64,000 bases of DNA, from positions 59,656-123,655 of the forward strand of contig NMRA01000805.1 in NCBI GenBank assembly GCA_002633005.1. The letters are read 5' to 3'. The position numbers and the translations under genes are program-made. Below the pieces are notes generated by a model. The model did no database searches. It worked only from the letters and a program-made list of their open reading frames with translations, and was not told the DNA's origin. Below, in pieces: positions 53,747 to 64,000 of this stretch; position 1 is the stretch's first letter; each line of letters opens with the position of its first letter. This DNA is from Phoronis australis. Taxonomy: Eukaryota; Animalia; Phoronida.

Positions 53747-53826
53747 CAGTGGCGGACTTAGAGGGGGGCCAAGGGGTCCATGCCCCCCCAAAACTCCCCC
53801 ATGTNAAAATTCTGGATCCTCCCCTG
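53747..53826. mobile_element. Second copy of the CAGTGGCGGA MITE with 5-bp TSD (interior contains an N gap)
   Basis: ATTAT at 53742-53746 and 53827-53831; termini cagtggcgga / ggatcctcccctg. Confidence 0.75.
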
Positions 53827-55799
53827 ATTATGATCGAAATTCGGTCAGTGGTGTAGCTAGGATTACTCAGCTGCCCGGGTCAAAAGATAACTTTGCACCC
53901 TCTGGTGCCCATCCAGTGCTGTAGTGGGGCGTAGGTGCACGTAAGCGCACGTAAGCGCAGCCAACCACCTTTTGGCATTTAAACGTAGCGCCTACGCACC
54001 TTAAGTTACGGTATAGTGGGGCGTGGGTGCACGTAGGCGTAGCCAACCATCTTTTTACATTATGCATTGAGACTCTTCCTTGCAGTACAGCTGAATGTGA
54101 ACGAGGATGCGGCGAAATAAATCGAATAGTCAACAGACGATCGAAGAACCCCGAGGACACACCCCACGGGCGACTAAAAACGCCGCCAGCATATCGTTTT
54201 TTGGACGTTACGCGACTATTTTCCTTTATAATTGTGTTTGGGGCCCCTTCGGACCCCGCTTGAAATGCCTTTGCCTTCCTATCATGAGTGGTTGGACCCC
54301 CTTTCTGCGGCATCATAGAATCACCACTGCAGACTCGAAGTACATACCCACTCGTGAGTCAAAAATAGGCCTAAATGTTTGTGAGGTTTTGCGAATTCAA
54401 TGCACTTTTGAAATTCAGTGCCCAATGTGATACGGTGGACTTTGGGCCTGTACTTACCTCTAAATTCTCCACTTTCAGCACTGTGCCCATCATCACGCCA
54501 ACTCTCGATGACGTCGCCCATAAAGCGTAGCTATGTCAACGTTGCTGCCGCTTCCACCCAACTCTACTAGCTGGACACGATGGCTCACATGAGCATTTTT
54601 AAGATATGAGCTTACTCAGAAATTGGGCTGGAGTTGCCAAACATGATTCTAGATAATTGTCAAACTCACAAAAATCATAGTGTGACAATATTGCTCGTCC
54701 ATTTGATCCTGATAAGAATTGTATCAGAAAAATTAAACTTAAAATATGCATTTAAAATAGTCGGTAATAAATTTCTTTGAAAATACATTCAGTGACACTT
54801 GGTATCCTACAATGTAATATTTTCTTGATTTCATTTTCAATATGTCTTGCTGTGAACACATACTAGGCAAGCGGGTTTGCACGGGTCAACTGATTTGTCA
54901 TGTGTCATGTAAACATTGAAGGCTTATCGCAAAAAATGGGAAGAGAGGTTTGCTAGGGAACGAAACTGTAGACATAAGCTTTTCAAACAGTTATGGAGAC
55001 ATGGAAATTATCTAAAATCAAGAGTTTCTCTTCAACTTTCTATTAAGTTCTATTATATGACGTTTCGACTGTTTATAAAAACAAAACCAATTTATCACGA
55101 TTCACCTTAGATTAGCAAAAACTCGCTGCAGCTCAGTGCATGCCAGTTTATTTTGCCAATGACTTCTTATTGGTAACGGAAGTTTCGCTTCACGCCATCG
55201 TACCTGCACTGTCAAAATGTGTCAGATAGAGACATAAGCGTTGTATCAAAACAAAATACGTGACGTTTTAGAAAGAACAGCGGCTCTTCGCGATATAAAG
55301 TACAGGGGGATTTTTCCGAAGCTGGCCCCGAACTTTGGCTAATATTTTTTGCAACAGAGGTAGGAGCTTTAAATTTTGCAGACTGTCAATTTTATGTATT
55401 GAGCTCATGCTGATGTCGAAGAATTTTTAATGCTAGCGTTTTCGGCGGCGTCCCAGTGGTTTTACCCGACACTCGTAGCACTGAGTCCAATATGACGCGA
55501 GGAAATGTGAAATACAGTTTCGGGTCTCGAGCTCATGTAGAGGTTTTGTGCAAGGGCCCCGACGTATCGATGTGGCCTATGCACTTCTATGGACCACTGC
55601 AATATTTTATAACGCCAACAAGGCATTCAGCGTATTGGGTACGGATATAGACTGCTGAAGGATGCGAGTTTCCAATGCGGTGTGTTATTTTAAATTTTCT
55701 GAAATTTCAACTTTTCCAGTTTTACGAGCCCTGTTTATTGGATCGTGTTGAGAAGGTCCGCTAAAGTGCACTGATAACAATACATAATGGGTTCCAGTC

Positions 55800-56680
55800 G
55801 AAGTTCAGCAGGCGCACATAGTTGCTGAAGTTTGTAACTGCACGGTGTTTCATATCTCGCTACATTCTTCGTTTACCAATTTCAACCAGTACTGTGTTTT
55901 GAAAAGTTTCTACATCTTTACCCCCCCCCCCCATAAATGTCCAGATCTCGGCACAATAAGTAAGCATTGGGACAAGTTCTTGTTGGATAATGACGGGTAT
56001 ATTTTTACAGGTACCGCTTCAAACGTGTACATTATTGTTTCATAATGAATATGGTTTTGTGCCTTTGTCCAAACATCTTTAGAAGTAAAGTGAATCAAAT
56101 TTTTTATCTGTATTCTGAAGTTGTATCAATCCGAACACCACTCCTTTTCATACTGGTTGCCAGCTTTAAGAGAATGATTTTGATTCACCACTCCGCTGTT
56201 GTCAAAAATATGCTCATGCAATCACTGCTATGCAGACGACAGTTAAGCTACTACAAACCATTGCATCTTCCAGTCCAAAACCAATTGAACGGATCTCAAC
56301 TTTCCCCTAAACTAGATATCAAGTCCTTTTGGCTTTTGGTAGAACCAACAGTCCGTTTTCGCTTGTAAACAGAATCAGTAATTTGGTTAGAGACACGTAT
56401 TATTTGACGAGCGGCGCATGGTCTTCACCACTGAGGAAGTGTCAGTTCTCACAAAGCCCTGAAGTGTCGTCTCATCGCTGACATTTGTAACAAGTTTCAT
56501 CATAACCGACATCGATTCCTTGACCTATGTATGGAGTTATGGTATCCAGTTTGACTGTCTTGAAACTTTGAGACACCAAACTTCAAGCAGAGCACGAATT
56601 TTCTTCTCATTACAAATAGTGTGACGTCGGCTATTTTGGCGTTCATCATATGTCTCAAATGTCAGACATATTGTTTTGAA
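55800..56680 (-). mobile_element. Highly decayed non-LTR retrotransposon fragment
   Basis: Minus-strand LVPMLTYCAEIW (~55940-55980) resembles the post-RT PILxYGxEIWG motif; the flanks are coding-like but broken. Confidence 0.35.
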
Positions 56681-57165
56681 CTAACAGAGTGTGAAAATAA
56701 ACTGGACAATACATAGTATCTTAGAAAATAGCGCCCCCATAGTGTTTGATATCGGGCGATCGGTCGATGGTCGTTCTTGAATTTGGGATAGCCACCCGCT
56801 CCAACCGCAAAAAATAGTTTTGATTGTCCCAAATGGGAGAATAATTACGGAATGTACAACAGGTTGAACGGATTTTTACCACAACCAAGATATCTTATTA
56901 CACACAATTGATCGGCATTTCAAGACTATATTGATCCCCATAGTACGCCTTCATAATTCCCAACGAAAATGACACCGCTATAAAACTGGGTACATTTCAA
57001 TGATTCCAAGAATCCTTCACTTACACTTGTAGCCAACGCCAGTTTTTAAGTGTTCGCTAGGCACTGGGGCACAAGGCTAACAGTCTCCATAATTATTTTC
57101 TTAATATTTGTGCTAGTGTACCAAAAGAAAAATTCAAGAAGACAAGTTACTGTAGATTCTAAAAC

Positions 57166-57171
57166 TTTATT
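57166..57171 (-). promoter_or_regulatory. Candidate polyadenylation signal of antizyme (about 0.75 kb 3' UTR)
   Basis: AATAAA on the minus strand followed by a U-rich downstream tract (+ strand aaaagaaaaa at ~57123). Confidence 0.55.
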
Positions 57172-57903
57172 ACTGTGGTATATATCTATCATGTTACCAG
57201 ACACTCAATACAATGGAATCTTATAAATGATAAAAGCGAACAACACTGAGGTCTATTATGACTTTCACAGGGAAATATGGCAGGTACAAGGCACCAAAGG
57301 CAAATAATATGCAAAATTTAGATGGAGCGGAAATATCTAACCCACCAATATTTACCTGTTACAAGTTTGATCGGAAACATTTACAATATCAACCAAACAA
57401 ACCACATAAAGCAGGTACGAAATATAGTGAAAAAATTAAGATAACTAAAGCATACTTTAAACTATTCAAATGGAAATGGGTATATAGCTACTTGATACAG
57501 ACTTCACAACATACTCCTAACTGAGTCCATCTCGTAGCAAACCTAAACGTAGCAACTAATAATGTAGTAATACTAGTTCAATATTTTTTCATTTTATTTT
57601 CCTGGTAATATGCAAATAGTAAATGACAGAGGGGAACAATGCAGGACTTCACGAATCTCAAAACCAATTCTTTGCCCAACACAAATTAAAACTACACATC
57701 AAAATGTTAGTCAACACTGAGAACAACCAAAATCCTAACAATGATTAGACCCTTAGATCCCGGAAACGCTTGCTAGGCCTTATAATTAGACATCAGTTGC
57801 TAACAAAGATTGAACAATTTTAATTTTGTCAAGTAAGAACGAGTTAATCGCTTCAATGAGTTGTCCTATTCGTGAGCTCTGTGTCGCGACTCCAGCAGGC
57901 CGA

Positions 57904-60900
57904 CTACTCGATCGCATACATCATAAACAACAGATCCGGTGCTTTAGGCACCATGGGGTGGCTTGGAGTCAACGGAACAAATCCCAAGAACATAAACGTC
58001 CGGATGAGGCGCGCTGTAAGGCAAGAAAGCACATACAAGTGTTTGAACAAACAATAAGTTTTACCGAGCAACGTGATGTTTGTTGGGTAAAATGGCGGCT
58101 TAGAAACGAAGGTGTGTCCAGAACGCTGCGTTCCGAGTAGTCAGTCAAGCCGTAACTCAAAATCAATTCTCTTAGGGTATGCCTCTGAACAGCTGGATTA
58201 GGCATATGTCAAGTAGATAAGAAATAGTCGGAAAAAACGAGGAGACTGCCATTTATAAAATTACATAAAAAATAAGGAAAATCTTGTGTTAGCATCTGCT
58301 CATGCACAGCTCAGTCATATAACACTTGATAAAATCAGTCGTGCTCTGGGGGCAGGCCTGTGAAAAATGATGGATTTTGGATTTATTTTAAGACCTGGAG
58401 TAATTAACATCATTTACAACTACATGTCCCAGAGCATGTACACCAGATGGTAGTGTACCTACCTTGATCACTTCGGTCCTTCCTGAAACAGACAATGACA
58501 TGGTCGCACTCTAGTTGTTCCTCCGCGTACTCCAGAAGAGTAACAAAGCTGAAAAAAAAACGTGTAGGGTGAATGGAGTGTTGACATACAGACGTGGTGG
58601 CACTCAAAATAATTGAAAAAAAAGTGAGGGTCAGATAATTACTGTCTCAATCAATTTTAGGAGTGTGAAATGAGGTGAGTGCATGACAGCTCATTGTAAG
58701 GTGTGACAATGTTCACTGCGTATTAACAGCTAATTTTGATTCCTGCAACTAAATTTATTTGATCTGACACCTTTCTCAACTGAAAACATCCTTTAGTGTT
58801 TTCAAAACTCGGATTGATCCAAGGGTTTTAACCAGTACACATTTTCCATAGCAAAGTTCTTTACGACATGTTCGTTGTTAACAAAGGATGGTGCTCTTAA
58901 ACTACTTAATTCTCATTTCTCAAACAAATTACAACCTTTGGACTTTCCATTTATTTTAGCAATTTGTTTTAAGATGGCAGTCATTGAAGAAAACAGCAGA
59001 TGACCAAACGGTTATAGATGGTCCTTTAATTATTTAAATTGTTTCCCCCTGCCCCACCACTCAAGAGTCCTGTGAAATTGGGTAGGTCAGTAGGCTTGAA
59101 GAGGTGAGAGACAAAGATTCAAAAACTGACCTCCAGACATCCAACTGAACACACTAAAAACCTCTTGTTTGTGCACAAAGCCCAAGGTGAAACGAATCTG
59201 TCAAAAACATAATTAAGGAGCGCGCTGGGTATAAGTAGGCACAGTTAATTAACAAGTTAATATAGACCGAAATAATTCAGTACACTTCATTACAAGTCAA
59301 TTAAGAATCTACCAAGGAGATAATACCACGCAATTACAGTCAACGCTGACAATAATGAATGTGCAAGCCTTCAAAAAACATATTAAGCTTTGGCTAATTA
59401 TTATCAAGGGCATACAAGTTCAGCTGGGGACTGGCACTCAGAGGTATTCCATTTACTAACTGGCACAGTGCCAATACAACATAAGTCGCAAACAAAATGC
59501 ACTATAATCCAGATATACGGCATAGACCTTAAAACACTTATTTGCTACTACTTACCCGTTATGAAAGACATAAAATTTTCATTGTTGGCCATATTGTGTC
59601 CTATATAATTGGTGAGATATTACCAATAAATATTAATTTATGAACCCAAAAGAAACGACTACAGAGAGCACTGCAGCACATCTTGAAAAAAGATTAAAAA
59701 ACAAAGGCAACAGAAACACTTTTGACAGGTTTATTTTTTAGAATTGATGAGGTGCTCCAAGAGAGAAGGAAGGGGTGGAGGGGGGGGGGCGGCCGTGACT
59801 CAAACCCACAACATTTACCTTTGGCAACCAATTCTCAATAATGAAGGTAAATAAAGAGGCAATTGTCACACAGTTACCGAGCTGTTTTGTTAAAACAAAC
59901 TAACAATACGTTTGTAGAGCTTTTGGAAAAAATAACTATGTTGCAAGTGACGGTGGCAGCCATTTTTCTTTCTTTCAACAGTGAAGGCCAGGCTTTTAAA
60001 GGAGCCCGGCACAAACCAGAACAAATTCCCACATCCCCCAAAAATAACTCTTCATTTGCAGAGTTAGAAAAACCACTTAGAATGATTGATCTAGTTTTCG
60101 AAACGCAGGGCCACCACAGACACGTGATCAATGCTTCATCATGTCGTATTTGGCTTTTTACTTTTTGAAGCCTGCAGTGAAACTTACAGTGAATCAGTAA
60201 ATATTATTCATGTCAGAATGACAAACGACAGATTAATGTTATTGGAAATTAGGGATTAGCACAGCGACAGAGAACAGCCGTGGGACAAATGCATTGTGGG
60301 TAAATACCACAGAGTAAGAGGGAGACGGTGCTATAATACTGCTACTATAACGCTATTTTTGAGCCCATAAAAAGGAAAAAATTCTCTCATCAGTCTCAAT
60401 TTGAAAGCTAGGGGCTTTTAACAAAGTCTGACAAATGGAAAATAATTTCTAACTTTCATATCAGTATGCAATTGAACTTTCACCACCACTCAGATAAATA
60501 GTGCCCTGTTTAAATGGATAACCCCCTGCCTCAATTCCAACTGAATTCAGACAAGTTTACGTCTTTCCTCCCAACATCCCATACCAAACAACTCTTAAGT
60601 TCTCAGGCCAATCATCTTAACTACTTCCTTATATCAGCACATCCGGCTCACTAAATCTTTAAGTGCCACACAGTCCTAATTACATCAACCCAAATTAGAG
60701 GAGATAACGCCCCCGTTGAAGCAATCAATGAACTCCATAACATCCTTGGTTCATAAAGAATGCTAACTGGAACCATTTTTGTGCTTTATTAATATATAGC
60801 TAAAACGGAGCTGAGGAGCTAGAAACCTGACTCAAGATCTAGCAGTGTGACCCAGTGGGACTCGAACCCACGACCTCGAGTAAAGAAGGCAGGCACCTAT

Positions 60901-61437
60901 CACACTAGGCCACACTGCCTCCTCTTATAAAGAATGCTAACTTGCAGTATTAATTTTAATGCAACTTTTAACCAAATAAAATTAAACAAAACAACAAAAA
61001 TGGGTTCCACCCAAAACATTTGCTTTCAACTCAGCTAGCACTGCACGGAGATTGCAATTCTAAGCATCAGGCACGACACAAGCCAAAGAATCCCATCACA
61101 CCAACAGCTAGCCCTACCCCATCCAATCGCTTACCTTTCTTTGGAGCCCTCTGGTAGCAAACCATTGGGGATCTCCACGTACAGCTCGCGGCCAATCAGG
61201 CGCGTCTGCCAAGTCACGCTGACCTTGTCTGCCAGGTCAACACGAACACTCAAACTCGAGGCAGTTTGAGCTCTCACCAAGGCCGGCGGTGGTGGCCGAC
61301 TGGTGGTGACAGGGGGCTCTTTTAAAGTCCCCACACCGCTGCCCTCTGTCATTACTGACACGTTGGCGGCATGGGGGACATCAGGAACGCCACAGAGGCC
61401 CCGTGCCAATGCGTATTGAGTAATGTTGGTCCTTCAT
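57904..61437 (-). CDS. OAZ1: Ornithine decarboxylase antizyme, translated via +1 programmed ribosomal frameshift
   Basis: Exons 61438-61135, 58548-58463, 58013-57904. ORF1 [18 protein letters not shown]-stop (61437-61381). ORF2 in +1 frame: [78 protein letters not shown] (147 aa). Acceptor tttgtgttgcag at 61439 implies an upstream exon that I could not locate, so ORF1 may be longer. Confidence 0.97.
60769..60926 (-). mobile_element. tRNA-derived SINE, copy 2, with 16-bp TSD, in an antizyme intron
   Basis: TSD ataaagaatgctaact at 60753-60768 and 60927-60942; A box and B box (GGTTCGAGTCC) on the minus strand. Confidence 0.9.
61307..61379 (-). other. Antizyme 3' stimulatory RNA pseudoknot
   Basis: Stem 1: GUCCCCCAUGCCGC (61379-61366) with GCGGUGUGGGGAC (61339-61327). 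Stem 2: UGACAGAGGGC (61351-61341) with GCCCCCUGUCA (61317-61307), 10/11 pairs. Confidence 0.85.
61380..61401 (-). other. Antizyme +1 frameshift site and 5' stimulator: GGG CCU CUG UGG CGU UCC UGA U
   Basis: UCC at 61386-61384 and UGA at 61383-61381; matches the metazoan antizyme GGGCCUC.GUGG...UCCUGAUG consensus. Confidence 0.97.
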
Positions 61438-61776
61438 CCTGCAACACAAAAGTACATACATTAGGTACTTGAAAACAACCTTCATTAGAAATATGCGTTC
61501 TCCACAACAGAAAATTCAAAGTTGGACAATAATTACAAAGCAAATGAATTTGTTAGAAAGTACATGTCAGTAATGAGGGGGGTTGCATGTCAAGTAATGT
61601 ATAGAACTGGTGCAAAATGTCCTAATTTACTTTTTATGGCTACTCTATCAAAACACAGGGTTTCCTTGTTTGACAACTCGACCCAAATGGAACACCACAG
61701 GAGCTTGCCTCATGCACTTCTTGCAATGTAACTACTCCTTCAAAAACTGGGGTTTGGTCAACTGAATTTTCCAATT

Positions 61777-61845
61777 TGTGGGGTCTTTTCAATTTTTTGG
61801 GGTCTTTTTCAATTTTTGGGGTCTTTTTCATTTTCTTGGGGTCTG
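61777..61845. repeat. ~20-bp minisatellite (ggggtctttttcaatttt) x3
   Basis: Read directly. Confidence 0.8.
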
Positions 61846-63633
61846 CTAATACAAACCCGAAATCAAAACACAAGCAGAGCAAGGTGAAAAATTTATACAG
61901 GAAAAATGAAGCGAATTTGGAGGCACCAGCTTTACTAAATGGAAATGCCAGAAGTAAATCAAAAAATATTTTCATTTCTAAAGCAAAATTGCACCCAAGG
62001 TTATGCACCCTCCAACTTCATATAAGAAGCAAACGGCCTCGCGCAAACACTACAATTTGTGTGAGAAAACACATTCTATGCCCCAGTGAACACTGGTTAC
62101 TGGAGCGTGCTGGGGGTGATGTCTGAAGGGCAAATCAACAAAAACTCCGCCTCCAAGTACATAACAGACATCAATTACAACCATAAATCGAGATGTTTGG
62201 TATTACGACAATTATGACGGAGCTACTCATGGACTTCTTGTGTCGTTATTGCCAGATTCTTTTTCTCTTCTTTCGCACTTGTTTGAAACCAGAAAATATT
62301 TCGATTCTTTTCTTCGCGACTGCTACGCAATAAAAATTGCAGTCGCCATGTTTTCTTTCTTTATCCATGTTTCAAACTCACTCAGTCTCTGATATTGACG
62401 GCATGCTCTCTTTACTTAGCGGTTCAAAATTGTCGTCACTGTTCACTGCCTTGGCAGCACCTAACAGCATAGTCGTTTCCAATAGATTTTACTGGTGAAA
62501 TGTATCCTAAATCGCGGAATATTTCTGGCAAGCAACACTCCTCTCGATTTGATCGAAAGTTTATGACGAAACTAGCCTCGTGACGTCAGGCGGAAATAGC
62601 CGGATGGAACCTTCGGCATTTTGCGGAAGTTAAGAAATAAACAATAGATGTCACTTCAATCGAAAAATGGCTGCCCCTGGAAAGGCCAAGTAAGTTTCTT
62701 TCCAGGCCTTCTTTCTTTACACGGGTTTTAGAGTTCACCAGTGTTCACCATGTCACTTATCTGTCATATCAAGCACTCGGCTTTCTGCATGTTTAATGGG
62801 TGTACGCAAAGGTTGAAATGTTATGTTCGCCAGTACCGAAGAGCTTAGATTTGTTGTAATAATGCGGGTCGGTTGGAAAAAAAGAAAACACAAGTTCGGG
62901 CCTATTAACACGGTGCAAGAGCAAAGTCTGGAGGATACTCACATTGCGTCCGCACAGGACGGCAGCGAACTCCAGAAGGCCCAGACGATCTTGTCACGTG
63001 GTCTTGATGGGTGACTCGTCACGTGATAGGAGTGTGACCTCGGCTGGGCTCTTCTGGCGTTAGATGTCGCACCAGGCCAAGACCAACATTGTCACGAAAA
63101 GGACATCACAACATAGAGACGCCACAGCCGAGACTGACGTCGACATTTACTACATTCCTCCCTTCCCTAAAGAAAAGGAGTGGAGCCCTTATAGGAAATG
63201 GCGAACGTCACTCCCAACACCTAAACATAAACCCTTGACCTAAGATGACAAGACTCTAAACCCTATAAGTAACATGACTATGAATGACCTTATGAAGTAA
63301 GAATTACTGTTTCAAATTTTATCTAACTATTCTCCCCCCTACCAAAAAAAACACATACTAATTAGACACACAGTCATAGCATATATCCACTCAGTAGTCG
63401 AACCAGACTAAAAATAGAAAAAAAAGAAAATATGCTCCACTAATACCAGTACCAGGGAGCATAAAATTCCTGGACTATGCTATGACAACACTCTTATTGT
63501 TGGTGATGACCTGGCGAGAGAATATATACATTTTTTTTTTTTTAAAAACTAAAAAACTGAACAACAAAAGCATACTGGCCATAAGATGAGTATTAATTAC
63601 TTTAGTAGTGTAGCACCGAGATATAAAATAATA

Positions 63634-63810
63634 CAGCCGATTTCATAAAGGTGGTTTAACAAAACCAGGTTTAAGACTTAAACCTGGTCTTCCTAAACCT
63701 GGTCTAATTTTAGACCTAACTTGCATTTCACCAACGTGGTTTAAGAGTCTGAAAGCCTGGTTTTGCTAGACCAGGGAGCTGGTTCAGTAGAACCAGGTTT
63801 AAAGTATCAA
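63634..63810. mobile_element. MITE-like remnant with repeated AAACCAGGTTT / AAACCTGGT motifs (Harbinger/ISL2EU-like)
   Basis: cagccgatttcataaaggtggttt start plus several accaggttt/aacctggt units. Confidence 0.4.
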
Positions 63811-64000
63811 AGGCACCCCACTGTGTCGAGCTGGGTAAACCCAACAAAGAAACTATTGAAGTGCTTCAATGAAACCTTGATCACGTGGGTATAGAATGGC
63901 ATACACCAGTAGAATCAGTGCAGACATTTACGACAGAGGTCTAAAAGCTTTTCTCATGAGGAAAAATGTAATTTGTGTGCCCAACACACACACATTAAAG

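Noticed and set aside
53867-54521. Minus ORFs of 149 and 66 aa, with a good donor GAG|GTAAGT at ~54458
   Set aside because: No recognisable domain; the long ORF runs into MITE sequence; no consistent multi-exon model.
60840-60926. tRNA gene
   Set aside because: The acceptor and anticodon stems do not pair; it is the head of a TSD-flanked SINE with a second copy at 25477-25620.
61381-61383. UGA as selenocysteine or pseudogene nonsense codon
   Set aside because: The conserved antizyme domain is in the +1 frame, not the 0 frame, and the context is the canonical frameshift site.
1-64000. Prokaryotic-type systems (operons, defence islands, CRISPR-Cas, rRNA)
   Set aside because: The window is spliceosomal-intron-rich animal DNA with no long ORFs or such signatures.

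Overview
AT-rich, intron-rich animal genomic DNA, probably a lophotrochozoan (mollusc-like CRISP architecture and invertebrate-type antizyme pseudoknot); not prokaryotic, and almost all ORF-track entries are spurious or exon fragments. Three spliced genes were rebuilt by hand with GT-AG junctions and consistent phases: (1) a secreted CAP/CRISP protein with EGF-like and ShKT-like domains (+, 9 coding exons, 6835-21664, 287 aa); (2) an SLC26/SulP transporter, SLC26A11-like, with STAS domain (-, 16 coding exons, 43747-33394, 656 aa) in which the TM10 anion-binding Arg appears to be Ser; (3) ornithine decarboxylase antizyme (-, 61437-57904) with the UCC-UGA-U +1 programmed frameshift and a 3' pseudoknot. 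The rest is transposon debris (RNase H-bearing LINE, CR1-group LINE, Kolobok-like TTAA/THAP elements, tRNA-derived SINEs, several MITE families), an old local duplication, and near-identical tandem duplications at single-N gaps that look like assembly artefacts. I found no clearly new multi-gene system; the best leads are the remodelled SLC26 substrate site and a competing hairpin in the antizyme pseudoknot. All alignments and identities were judged by eye.
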